In this document: piece by piece, positions 1-7,669 of the stretch
Layout of the letters: each line of letters begins with the position of its first letter
Position numbering within the stretch: the stretch's first letter is position 1
IMG/VR virus record: IMGVR_UViG_3300028275_000007
DNA: 64,000 nt
Strand: one strand, 5' to 3'
Source of the DNA: a virus
Taxonomy: Duplodnaviria; Caudoviricetes
The notes under the pieces: model-generated
The model's database searches: none
What the model saw: only the letters and a program-made list of their open reading frames with translations
What the model was told of the DNA's origin: nothing
Position numbers and translations under genes: made by a program

Positions 1-29
1 AATGTATCCGTAAAAAGGAAAGATTGAGG

Positions 30-58
30 TTGATTCTTCCAGAGCGTTCTGCTAATAT
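30..58 (+). promoter_or_regulatory. sigma70-type promoter
   Basis: TTGATT-N17-TAATAT upstream of CDS 112. Confidence 0.6.
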
Positions 59-111
59 TTAAGAACGCTGAAGAACAAGTAATCAGCTATATTAACTTAA
101 AAGGAAACAAA

Positions 112-384
112 ATGAAACGCATTTCTAAAGACACCAAGACTTTCAAGGTCTTCAACGCACTTTACAATGGTGCAAAACTTACCCAATCCGAAGCAACTAA
201 GCGTTTCGGCGTAGGTAACTTGGCTGCTGAAGCAAGCCGCATTCGTCAGCATGGTTACGCTGTTTATGCCAACACTCGTGTTGCTGGCAACGGTGTGACT
301 GTTACCGAATACGAGTTGGGCCAACCAAGCCGTGAGATCGTAGCACTTGGCTACAAAGCTCGCGCAATGGGTATCACTCTTTAA
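112..384 (+). CDS. winged-helix/HTH-like phage protein, probably highly expressed
   Basis: 90 aa ORF; AAGGA RBS; HTH-like segment LTQSEATKRFGVGNLAAEASRIR; biased codons (cgt, gct, ggt). Confidence 0.75.
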   Translation: MKRISKDTKTFKVFNALYNGAKLTQSEATKRFGVGNLAAEASRIRQHGYAVYANTRVAGNGVTVTEYELGQPSREIVALGYKARAMGITL

Positions 385-407
385 GAGTCGCTCCTAAAGT
401 AAACGAT

Positions 408-422
408 CCGATTCGCTCCCGG
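408..422 (+). repeat. 15-nt repeat CCGATTCGCTCCCGG, copy 1 (CCG/CGG stem, ATTCGCTCC loop) in a 3' UTR
   Basis: Exact match to 6555-6569. Confidence 0.9.
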
Positions 423-434
423 GGACTTTCTTTG

Positions 435-461
435 AGCCGCTACTACAGCGGCTTTTCTTTT
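435..461 (+). terminator. Rho-independent terminator
   Basis: AGCCGCT-actac-AGCGGCT followed by TTTCTTTT. Confidence 0.8.
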
Positions 462-468
462 GGCTGGA

Positions 469-499
469 TGTTGCAAAAATGCCACACCGGCCGGCACTC
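469..499 (+). repeat. bipartite element TGTTGC-N6-GCCACA-N4-CCGGCACTC
   Basis: Inverted counterpart at 3683-3713. Confidence 0.7.
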
Positions 500-509
500 T
501 CCAAACCGG

Positions 510-538
510 TTGACAACTTGGGCGATCAGCTATATAAT
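510..538 (+). promoter_or_regulatory. sigma70 early promoter
   Basis: TTGACA-N17-TATAAT. Confidence 0.9.
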
Positions 539-565
539 AGAGACAGTTAGACAACGGAGCGAAGA

Positions 566-1207
566 ATGCAATTCACAGCAGATCAAGTATGGGGCCTGGC
601 TGTTAGGGCTGATGTTCAAAATGGCGGCTACTGCAAAGAGCCAGTCTATGCTGCTACTGCCACCCACGGGATAGACTACAACACCGTGATCAAGCAACCA
701 AACAAGGTCTTGGTCAAGCAATGGCTCCGCGACAATGTGCAGCCTACAGCAGAAGAGATCGCTCAGGGACAGCAATATCGCGCACAGATCAACACCTTCA
801 CCATGAAGCTGCTGACTGGGAAGATCACAGACTTCGAGCAGACTGCTCTCAAGATTGCCCAAAAGGACGAGTTCACGGGCCGTGATATGTTGGACTTCGC
901 CATTGTCAGCTGCTTGCCCCAGTCAGCTCGCATGGAGCAATCCCGGACGGAGATGAAACGAGAACTGTTCCAAAGTGAGCAACTCCCGGGCGCTGTAGGG
1001 GATACTGTTGTGATCTCTCTGACTGTAATACGTTCGCGTTACAATCCTGAATACAACAAGTTCAAGATCTACGCCCGTGCAGGTGAGTCATTTGTGGACT
1101 TTTGGTTCTCACGTGCTGTAGAAGGTGAACTGCGGGTGAAGGCCAAGATCAAACAGCATCGTGGCGATAAAACAACAGCCCTAAATTATGTGAAAATCAT
1201 CAGTTGA
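566..1207 (+). CDS. hypothetical protein, possible C-terminal OB-fold
   Basis: 213 aa ORF with promoter and GGAGCGAA RBS; beta-rich C-terminus ending TALNYVKI. Confidence 0.75.
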   Translation: MQFTADQVWGLAVRADVQNGGYCKEPVYAATATHGIDYNTVIKQPNKVLVKQWLRDNVQPTAEEIAQGQQYRAQINTFTMKLLTGKITDFEQTALKIAQKDEFTGRDMLDFAIVSCLPQSARMEQSRTEMKRELFQSEQLPGAVGDTVVISLTVIRSRYNPEYNKFKIYARAGESFVDFWFSRAVEGELRVKAKIKQHRGDKTTALNYVKIIS

Positions 1208-1232
1208 CAGGTTGGGCACCTGGTGCTACAAT
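1204..1232 (+). promoter_or_regulatory. sigma70 early promoter
   Basis: TTGACA-N17-TACAAT. Confidence 0.85.
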
Positions 1233-1281
1233 AATGATACTGAGAGAGTAATTGTTTTAACTGTTTTTTAAGCGAGGTCTT

Positions 1282-2367
1282 ATGTCAAAGCAAGTAGATG
1301 TTTCCGTTCGCCAAGTTGGTCCTAAAAACGCCAAGAAGGCAATTCGTAAGGCGGTCAATGTTCGCCGTCCAGTGTTCCTGTGGGGTCCTCCAGGCATTGG
1401 TAAATCCGATCTCGTCAAGCAGATCGGTGAAGACGCAGGTCGTGAGGTCATCGACGTCCGCCTAGCACTTTGGGAGCCCACCGACATCAAGGGTATTCCT
1501 TATTACAATGCCGATCAAGGCAAAATGACTTGGGCTCCTCCTGCAGAACTGCCTGTGGACCCAGATAGCAAGGCAATCATCTTCTTGGATGAATTGAACT
1601 CTGCTCCTCCTGCTGTTCAGGCCGCGGCCTATCAGTTGATTCTGAACCGTCGTGTTGGTACCTACGAACTGCCTAAGGGTGTTGACGTAGTCGCCGCTGG
1701 TAACCGTGAAGGTGACCGTGGTGTTACCTACCGTATGCCTGCTCCGCTGGCTAACCGTTTCGTTCACTTGGAAATGAAAGTGGACTTTGATGACTGGCAA
1801 GACTGGGCTACCTTGAACAAGGTGCATCCAGATGTCGTAGGTTATGTAGGCTTTGCCAAGCAAGACCTGTATGACTTCGATCCTAAGAGCCCTAGCAAGT
1901 CATTTGCTACTCCTCGTTCTTGGATGTTCGTTTCTGACCTGCTCAGCGACGACGATGTTGACAACGAGACTTTGGCTACCCTGATTGCGGGTGCCGTTGG
2001 TGACGGTCTGAGCAATAAGTTTATGGCTCACCGTAAGATCGCAGGCAAACTGCCTAAGGCAGAAGACATTTTGGATGGCAAGGTCAAGGACCTGCAGATC
2101 AAAGAAGTGTCTGCGATGTATTCGTTGACTGTTTCACTCTGCTACGAGTTGAAAGACCGTGCTGAGAAGAAGGTCAAGGACTGGGACGGTATGGCAGATA
2201 ACTTCTTTGCCTATATGATGGCTAACTTCCCAACAGAGTTGGTTGTTATGGGTGCAAAGACTGCTCTTACTAACTACGACCTGCCCCTGGACGCTACTAA
2301 GATGAAGTCGTTCGACGAGTTCCACAAGCGTTTCGGCAAGTATGTTCTTTCAGCAATGGAGAATTAA
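1282..2367 (+). CDS. MoxR-family AAA+ ATPase
   Basis: Walker A GPPGIGKS, Walker B IIFLDE, AAGN sensor, PLANRF arginine finger; adjacent vWA gene. Confidence 0.9.
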   Translation: MSKQVDVSVRQVGPKNAKKAIRKAVNVRRPVFLWGPPGIGKSDLVKQIGEDAGREVIDVRLALWEPTDIKGIPYYNADQGKMTWAPPAELPVDPDSKAIIFLDELNSAPPAVQAAAYQLILNRRVGTYELPKGVDVVAAGNREGDRGVTYRMPAPLANRFVHLEMKVDFDDWQDWATLNKVHPDVVGYVGFAKQDLYDFDPKSPSKSFATPRSWMFVSDLLSDDDVDNETLATLIAGAVGDGLSNKFMAHRKIAGKLPKAEDILDGKVKDLQIKEVSAMYSLTVSLCYELKDRAEKKVKDWDGMADNFFAYMMANFPTELVVMGAKTALTNYDLPLDATKMKSFDEFHKRFGKYVLSAMEN

Positions 2368-2384
2368 GACCTCGCCCATTGCGG

Positions 2385-2415
2385 GGGTGTTGTAGAAATA
2401 CAACACCCTTTTTTT
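2385..2415 (+). terminator. Rho-independent terminator that also contains the palindrome TGTTGT-N6-ACAACA
   Basis: GGGTGTTGT-agaaat-ACAACACCC followed by T7. Confidence 0.8.
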
Positions 2416-2419
2416 ACGG

Positions 2420-2448
2420 TTGACGCATTGGATTTCCGGTGCTATAAT
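2420..2448 (+). promoter_or_regulatory. sigma70 early promoter
   Basis: TTGACG-N17-TATAAT. Confidence 0.85.
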
Positions 2449-2473
2449 ATATACATACTAAGGAGAGCGACTT

Positions 2474-3679
2474 ATGGATCCAATCGTTGAGAAACTAACT
2501 ACTGCACGAGTAGGCCTGCTTTTGAAAGCACCCTTCTTCGGCAATATGGCCACCCGTATGCGTTTGATGGACGCTTCAGACTGGTGCCCTACCGCGGCAA
2601 CTAACGGCCGTGACTTTATGTATAACAAGGACTTCATTAACAAACTGTCTGTTAAGAAGTTAGAGTTCCTGCTGGCACACGAGATCTGCCACTGCGTTTT
2701 TGATCACTTTGGTCGCGTAGGTTCACGTGATCGTATGCTGTCTAACATCGCACAGGACTATGCCGTAAACCAAATCCTTGTAGACGAACGCATCGGTGAG
2801 AAGATCACCGAGGTTAAGATCTGCTACGATCCCAAGTATCGTGGTATGGCTTGGGAAGAAATCTACGATCAATTGTATGAACAAGCAGAGAAGATCCCTA
2901 TGGATCAACTGCTGAAGCAATTGGGTGACCTTTTGGACGAGCACATTAAAGAAGAAGAAGGTGCTGGTAGCCCTGGCGACAAGACCAAAGACGGCAAAGA
3001 GAAGCCTACGCTCAGTAAGGAAGAAGCTGAGAAACTGCGTCAAGAGATCAAAGAGGCTATGATCCAAAGTGCCGCGGCCGCTGGTGCAGGTAAGACTCCT
3101 GCGGGCATTATGCGTATGATCAAGACTATGACTGAGCCTAAAATGGACTGGCGCCAATTGGTTCAGCAAGAGATCCAATCTATTGTGCGTAATGACTACT
3201 CATTCGCTCGCTACAATCGTAAGAGCCAACACTCAGGTGCGGTGCTTCCTGGTATGAAAGAAGCAACTACCATTGACGTGGCTATTGCAATCGATATGTC
3301 GGGTTCGATCGGTGAAGAGGATGCAACTGTATTCCTTTCTGAGATCAAAGGCATTATGGATCAATACGAGGACTTCAAGATCAACCTGTGGTGTTTTGAC
3401 ACAGAGATCTACAATCACCAAAGCATCAGCCACGACAACGCTGAAGACTTGGTTGAGTATGAACCTCAAGGTGGCGGTGGCACAGACTTCGATGTCAACT
3501 TTACCTTTATGGAAGAGAATGACATTCGCCCTAAGAAGTTCATTATGTTCACAGACGGCTATCCCTGCGGTAGTTGGGGTCCTGAGGACTACTGCGACAC
3601 AATCTTTATCGTTAAAGGTAACACATCTGCTCAAGCACCCTTTGGTCAGACTGTTATCTACGAAAAGGAAACGGGCTAA
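2474..3679 (+). CDS. DUF2201-type metallopeptidase plus vWA-domain protein (MoxR partner)
   Basis: HEICH (HExxH) motif; MIDAS DMSGS, GGGTDF, FTDG. Confidence 0.9.
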   Translation: MDPIVEKLTTARVGLLLKAPFFGNMATRMRLMDASDWCPTAATNGRDFMYNKDFINKLSVKKLEFLLAHEICHCVFDHFGRVGSRDRMLSNIAQDYAVNQILVDERIGEKITEVKICYDPKYRGMAWEEIYDQLYEQAEKIPMDQLLKQLGDLLDEHIKEEEGAGSPGDKTKDGKEKPTLSKEEAEKLRQEIKEAMIQSAAAAGAGKTPAGIMRMIKTMTEPKMDWRQLVQQEIQSIVRNDYSFARYNRKSQHSGAVLPGMKEATTIDVAIAIDMSGSIGEEDATVFLSEIKGIMDQYEDFKINLWCFDTEIYNHQSISHDNAEDLVEYEPQGGGGTDFDVNFTFMEENDIRPKKFIMFTDGYPCGSWGPEDYCDTIFIVKGNTSAQAPFGQTVIYEKETG

Positions 3680-3682
3680 CCG

Positions 3683-3713
3683 GAGTGCCGGGGGTTGTGG
3701 CTAAAAAGCCACA
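3683..3713 (-). repeat. bipartite element TGTGGC-N6-GCCACA-N4-CCGGCACTC (inverted copy)
   Basis: Reverse complement matches 469-499 in both arms and N4 spacing. Confidence 0.7.
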
Positions 3714-3759
3714 ACTTCCTAAGTGGCCCCGCTGCTACGTGTGTGCGTGAATCTAGGTC

Positions 3760-3788
3760 TTGACAGATAGGTAGATTGGTTGTATAAT
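3760..3788 (+). promoter_or_regulatory. sigma70 early promoter
   Basis: TTGACA-N17-TATAAT. Confidence 0.9.
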
Positions 3789-3820
3789 ATAGATATCGTA
3801 ACAAAGTAAGGAGTGATAAA

Positions 3821-3952
3821 ATGCTTAAATTCTTGTTAGGAGTATTTTTAACATTGGCTGTCCTGTACCCTGCTGTTACTAAGACCATCGTTGGTAATGC
3901 TGTTGATACCACCCACACGGTTGTAACTGGAGTTATGGAGAATGCTAAATGA
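3821..3952 (+). CDS. small membrane/secreted protein (43 aa, not in ORF track)
   Basis: AAGGAG RBS; MLKFLLGVFLTLAVLYPAV hydrophobic N-terminus. Confidence 0.7.
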   Translation: MLKFLLGVFLTLAVLYPAVTKTIVGNAVDTTHTVVTGVMENAK

Positions 3953-4125
3953 GTAAAGTCGCAGATCTTGCCTATGATATCGAGCAACTGTATATCGAAG
4001 GTCATTCGCCTAAGATGATTGCTCTCATGTTGGAGTGCCCCACAGAGATGGTCTATGATTGGATCGCCGGTAACGGGCTAACCACAGACGATTCCTACGA
4101 TCCGTTTGAGACTGTAAATTCGTGA
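3949..4125 (+). CDS. hypothetical protein (58 aa, HTH-like, not in ORF track)
   Basis: ATGA overlap with upstream gene; MSKVADLAYDIEQLYIEGHSPKMIALMLECPTEMVYDWI. Confidence 0.7.
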   Translation: MSKVADLAYDIEQLYIEGHSPKMIALMLECPTEMVYDWIAGNGLTTDDSYDPFETVNS

Positions 4126-4388
4126 GCAAATTAGAATACTACGCCCGCCCCCTTGTAGCCTTTGATCCAAGGAACAAGATGCACAGACGCTACTACAACC
4201 AATTCCTAGAGCATATGAGTTGGGGTCACTGTCCGGTTCGGTTCATCTGCCCGGAATCTAACGGTTCGGATTTGGTCAAAATGATCCAAACAGAGCTGCT
4301 CAAATACTATGTTGAGAAAGAGTTTAAGGTCAAGAAGAAACCCGCCAAACTCAAAGGTTATCCACATATCGCTAAAAAAACTGGTTGA
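4122..4388 (+). CDS. hypothetical protein
   Basis: 88 aa; GTGA overlap with upstream stop. Confidence 0.7.
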   Translation: MSKLEYYARPLVAFDPRNKMHRRYYNQFLEHMSWGHCPVRFICPESNGSDLVKMIQTELLKYYVEKEFKVKKKPAKLKGYPHIAKKTG

Positions 4389-4413
4389 CACTTTGGCTGA
4401 TCCTTGCTATAAT
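4385..4413 (+). promoter_or_regulatory. sigma70 early promoter
   Basis: TTGACA-N17-TATAAT. Confidence 0.9.
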
Positions 4414-4435
4414 TGACACATAGTTAGGAGAGCGA

Positions 4436-4576
4436 ATGGAATACACCGTGATTTACCCCAATGGCAACTCCCAGAAGTTCTACGTTCGGGCTGTAGCGGA
4501 AATGTACGCCACAATCAACGGCGGCCGTGTTGTAGGAAAACCTGAGTTGAAATTGGTTGACAAATTGGCTGCTTGA
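4436..4576 (+). CDS. hypothetical protein (46 aa, not in ORF track)
   Basis: Own promoter; AGGAGAGCGA RBS; MEYTVIYPNGNSQKFYV. Confidence 0.7.
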   Translation: MEYTVIYPNGNSQKFYVRAVAEMYATINGGRVVGKPELKLVDKLAA

Positions 4577-4585
4577 TCATACAAT
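4557..4585 (+). promoter_or_regulatory. sigma70 early promoter
   Basis: TTGACA-N17-TACAAT. Confidence 0.85.
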
Positions 4586-4608
4586 AGAACTATGATAAGG
4601 AGCGAACG

Positions 4609-4857
4609 ATGATAACAGAAAAACAGCGTGTTGTAAATGCCCTAAAGGGTTGGCAGTTCGTGCGTGGAACCCATGGTTGCTTGTATGATCGTGGATCCGC
4701 AGACTCCTACTACGGTAGGGCACGTGATCCTCACTACGGTGGAGTGGGAGGCGATTCCGGCGCCCGAGTCTCGGTCAACGACGAGGCTTCAGTGGCTGAA
4801 TACATGGCCGGCTACAACGACAACGAGCGTGATGGTAACAAGAAGGATTGGCGATGA
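4609..4857 (+). CDS. hypothetical phage protein
   Basis: 82 aa; promoter and GGAGCGAA RBS; YDRGSADSYYGR. Confidence 0.75.
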   Translation: MITEKQRVVNALKGWQFVRGTHGCLYDRGSADSYYGRARDPHYGGVGGDSGARVSVNDEASVAEYMAGYNDNERDGNKKDWR

Positions 4858-5051
4858 CCCCTACGGAATTTCAATACATTCAACGAGCCGTCAAGGCCTT
4901 GGAAACACCCATGAGCCTTCCAGAGAGGATTAAGGTGGAACGCACTATGGCCCAGATTCTGAGTCGCTCCGCTGACACTTTGGAACAGAATTTGGTTGAC
5001 AACATCGAAGATCGGTTGTATAATACTAATACTGAAACAGAAGGAGCGTGA
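4854..5051 (+). CDS. hypothetical protein
   Basis: ATGA overlap with the 4857 stop. Confidence 0.55.
   Translation: MTPTEFQYIQRAVKALETPMSLPERIKVERTMAQILSRSADTLEQNLVDNIEDRLYNTNTETEGA
4996..5024 (+). promoter_or_regulatory. sigma70 early promoter
   Basis: TTGACA-N17-TATAAT. Confidence 0.9.
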
Positions 5052-5052
5052 T

Positions 5053-5676
5053 ATGCCAAATTGGTGCAACAACACATTGACCCTTGAGCACGATGATCCA
5101 GCAATGATTACTCGTGCCAAAGAAGCACTGGATCGTGGAGAGTTCCTGCAGGAGTTCATTCCTGTGCCCAAAGAACTCACAGAAACCATGGCTGGTTCCT
5201 ACGGGGACGGAGACAAGCAGGCCGCATTGGAAGCACAGATGAAGTCCAATGTTGAAAAGTTTGGCTACAGCAACTGGTATGACTACTGCGTCGGCGAGTG
5301 GGGAACCAAATGGGATGTAGGTGGCGATGGACAGACTGATATTCACCCTGATGGTAAGACGCTGTTCACTACCTTTGATTCAGCATGGTCTCCACCCGTG
5401 AATGCTTATCAGAAGTTAGAGCAACTAGGCTTCCGAGTTTCTGCACAGTTCTATGAATCAGGTATGGCTTTTGCTGGTGTATATGAGGACGGCAACTGCG
5501 AGGACTTTAGCCTCGAAGGCATGACTGCTGATGAGATCGAACGGGATTACCCAGAACTAGACGAAGCGTTCTGCATCGCTGAGGCTATCCGTGAGTTCCA
5601 GGAAGAGGAAGAAGAAGAACTCACAGAGTGGATCAAAGATGGTGTTGACAAGAACCTGGAGTTGAAGTCTCTATGA
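5053..5676 (+). CDS. DUF1281/YubB-like ferredoxin-fold protein
   Basis: MPNWCNN start after AAGGAGCG; WYDYCVGEWGTKWD and FDSAWSPP motifs; start moved from 4996 because the promoter lies there. Confidence 0.75.
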   Translation: MPNWCNNTLTLEHDDPAMITRAKEALDRGEFLQEFIPVPKELTETMAGSYGDGDKQAALEAQMKSNVEKFGYSNWYDYCVGEWGTKWDVGGDGQTDIHPDGKTLFTTFDSAWSPPVNAYQKLEQLGFRVSAQFYESGMAFAGVYEDGNCEDFSLEGMTADEIERDYPELDEAFCIAEAIREFQEEEEEELTEWIKDGVDKNLELKSL

Positions 5677-5987
5677 CAATGACTGTGGTCAAAATGGACC
5701 GACGCTATGACGGGCACGATCGCTTCAGTCATAGAGTCGAGTTCACAGGCTATCAGCCACATGGCCAGAAGCAGACTCGAATTGCACAATGGGTTCGAGC
5801 TCGCAACTGGCTGTGGCAACAGTTTGGTCCTTCAGGAGAATTGTTCTGCGCCCGGCCCACTTACTTCGATGGACATCAGCCGGTTTGGGCCTGGGATGCA
5901 GAGAAATCATCGCTGTATCTGAGCAAGGAAGCCTACACGATGTTTATGTTACGCAAGGAATTTTGGGAAAATGTCGAGAACCTTTAA
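5673..5987 (+). CDS. hypothetical protein
   Basis: 104 aa; ATGA overlap. Confidence 0.7.
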   Translation: MTMTVVKMDRRYDGHDRFSHRVEFTGYQPHGQKQTRIAQWVRARNWLWQQFGPSGELFCARPTYFDGHQPVWAWDAEKSSLYLSKEAYTMFMLRKEFWENVENL

Positions 5988-6177
5988 CTATCGATTAGAA
6001 GTCATCTGTGGAGGTTCAGGCACAGCGGACGAGGTCCGGGTCGAGGAAATGCTCGATTTGGCCTTTCAGGATCTGGTCTATGACGACGAGTTTATCGCCG
6101 CCCTAGACGAGAAAGAGTCTGTGACCATTCGAGTGTCTAAATTGGACAACCGAATGGTTGACAGAAGTGGCACTTGA
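5971..6177 (+). CDS. hypothetical acidic protein
   Basis: 68 aa; GGGA upstream. Confidence 0.6.
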   Translation: MSRTFNYRLEVICGGSGTADEVRVEEMLDLAFQDLVYDDEFIAALDEKESVTIRVSKLDNRMVDRSGT

Positions 6178-6186
6178 TGCTACATT
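6158..6186 (+). promoter_or_regulatory. sigma70 early promoter
   Basis: TTGACA-N17-TACATT. Confidence 0.8.
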
Positions 6187-6240
6187 TATAACATACCAAA
6201 AAGGTATATTTTTTAACACACACAGAAAGAGGTAATTTAA

Positions 6241-6552
6241 ATGGCTACAGATAAGAAGTTTGCGGTTGCTGGTGTTTCCACTCAAGCAGGTAAGACCAAG
6301 GTTCGTTTCGCTAATGACGTGATGCGCATCAAGATCCTTGCCAAGAATGGTCACACTGACATCAACCTCGTGGATCTTCCACGTGAAATGACCAAGGCTG
6401 AGATTGGTGCCTATATGGTCGAAACTGGCTTTGGCAAGGGCAATGCTGCTGTAGAAGCTGCTGTTGCTTACATTGTCAAGAAGAACCCTTTGGCCACAGC
6501 TGCCAAGGTAAGTAAGACTACTGTCGCGAAGACAGAAGCTATCGCCGAATAA
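6241..6552 (+). CDS. basic Ala/Lys-rich phage protein, possible nucleic-acid binder
   Basis: 103 aa; GAGGT RBS; strong codon bias; K/A/T-rich tail. Confidence 0.8.
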   Translation: MATDKKFAVAGVSTQAGKTKVRFANDVMRIKILAKNGHTDINLVDLPREMTKAEIGAYMVETGFGKGNAAVEAAVAYIVKKNPLATAAKVSKTTVAKTEAIAE

Positions 6553-6554
6553 AC

Positions 6555-6569
6555 CCGATTCGCTCCCGG
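6555..6569 (+). repeat. 15-nt repeat CCGATTCGCTCCCGG, copy 2, in a 3' UTR
   Basis: Exact match to 408-422; 2 nt after the stop; CCGAT...ATCGG extended stem. Confidence 0.9.
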
Positions 6570-6585
6570 TATCGGCGGTCTTAAC

Positions 6586-6620
6586 ACCCTACTGTATACA
6601 CGTACAGTAGGGTTTTTTTT
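6586..6620 (+). terminator. Rho-independent terminator
   Basis: ACCCTACTGTA-tacacg-TACAGTAGGGT followed by T run. Confidence 0.9.
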
Positions 6621-6622
6621 GG

Positions 6623-6651
6623 TTGACAACTGGCGTTTTTGAATATATAAT
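6623..6651 (+). promoter_or_regulatory. sigma70 early promoter
   Basis: TTGACA-N17-TATAAT. Confidence 0.9.
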
Positions 6652-6670
6652 TAAACAATAGGAGAGCGCG

Positions 6671-7063
6671 ATGGAACTTATTGATTGGATCACACTAGCT
6701 ATATTCTTTGCCCTGGGTTGGTTCCTAGGTAACAGGGCTGCGACCCGCATTCATCTCACTGCTTTCTCCATGATCCTCAAGGAGTTGGGCGTGAAGAATC
6801 AGGATTTGATTCGTGTGGCTCGTGCCAATGGCCTCACTATCCCTGAACCTGAGCATGATGAACCTGAGTTAGATCACATCGAAATCAAGGTGGAAAAGCA
6901 CGGTGAAATGCTCTATGCTTTCCGCAAGGACAACGATCGGTTCCTAGGCCAAGGCACTTCACGTGAAGAACTCATCAATCGTATGGCTGAGTCACTGCGC
7001 AATGTTCGCTGTACCGTAGTGGAAGGCAATGAGTATATGATCAAGGATAGCCCTACAAGCTAA
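6671..7063 (+). CDS. hypothetical protein with N-terminal transmembrane segment
   Basis: 130 aa; WITLAIFFALGWFLG; GGAGAGCG RBS. Confidence 0.75.
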   Translation: MELIDWITLAIFFALGWFLGNRAATRIHLTAFSMILKELGVKNQDLIRVARANGLTIPEPEHDEPELDHIEIKVEKHGEMLYAFRKDNDRFLGQGTSREELINRMAESLRNVRCTVVEGNEYMIKDSPTS

Positions 7064-7081
7064 AGGGTTATTACAAATTGG

Positions 7082-7110
7082 TTGACAGATTGGCTGTTTG
7101 GGCATACAAT
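7082..7110 (+). promoter_or_regulatory. sigma70 early promoter
   Basis: TTGACA-N17-TACAAT. Confidence 0.85.
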
Positions 7111-7135
7111 ATACACATACTAACAAGGAGCGAAG

Positions 7136-7318
7136 ATGTTAACAAACAAGCAAAACCAGCAACTGCTCAGGGCTGTGGAACTACTGCAGGAAGCAGACGC
7201 ATTGGTACAGTCAGCAATGGGCGCCAGCGACGAATGCTACTACATCCACACACAAATTGAAAACTCAGCGGATGACGTGCTGGACTTTATACAAGAGAAC
7301 ACTGAAGAGGCAGCGTAA
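7136..7318 (+). CDS. hypothetical helical protein
   Basis: 60 aa; AAGGAGCGAA RBS. Confidence 0.75.
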   Translation: MLTNKQNQQLLRAVELLQEADALVQSAMGASDECYYIHTQIENSADDVLDFIQENTEEAA

Positions 7319-7629
7319 TGGAAGCCCTACAGGAAACCACTGGGGGGCAGTTTCCTGCCCACACTTACCTACTCGATGGCACAACGCTGGTTGCCTATAT
7401 CAAGCAAGGGGAAACTACGCCATTCTATTTCAAGTCAGGAATCAAAGGCTTCGACAAGCGAGGCCGGAAGTTCCAAACCGTAACACCAAACCCATTCAAA
7501 GTAAAGGCATCAAATGACACACGCACAGTCCAAGGCTCAAACGGCAAAACTTACACAGTCAACGACGCAGAGAAAACCTGTACCTGTCCAGGATTTACAT
7601 TTAGAGGTGCCTGCAAACACCTGGGCTAA
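7318..7629 (+). CDS. SWIM zinc-finger protein
   Basis: YTV...CTCPGF....ACKH. Confidence 0.8.
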   Translation: MEALQETTGGQFPAHTYLLDGTTLVAYIKQGETTPFYFKSGIKGFDKRGRKFQTVTPNPFKVKASNDTRTVQGSNGKTYTVNDAEKTCTCPGFTFRGACKHLG

Positions 7630-7634
7630 TATGG

Positions 7635-7663
7635 TTGACAGATTGGTAAAAGGCTGTTAAAAT
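7635..7663 (+). promoter_or_regulatory. sigma70 promoter, probably leaderless transcript
   Basis: TTGACA-N17-TAAAAT-N6-ATG. Confidence 0.8.
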
Positions 7664-7669
7664 ACACAT

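Noticed and set aside
408-422. CCGGGAGCGAATCGG as the RBS of a minus-strand gene (also at 6555-6569)
   Set aside because: No suitably spaced start codon or credible ORF follows on the minus strand.
432-674. 80-aa plus-strand ORF
   Set aside because: Spans a terminator, the palindrome and a promoter, and overlaps the better supported 566 gene.
469-3713. Inverted palindromic elements as an invertible segment
   Set aside because: The 6-bp spacers do not match in inverted alignment (AAAAAT versus TTTTTA) and no recombinase is in the window; kept only as operator candidates.
4961-4970. GAGTCGCTCC identical to 385-394
   Set aside because: Inside a coding region with no hairpin or terminator context; may be chance.
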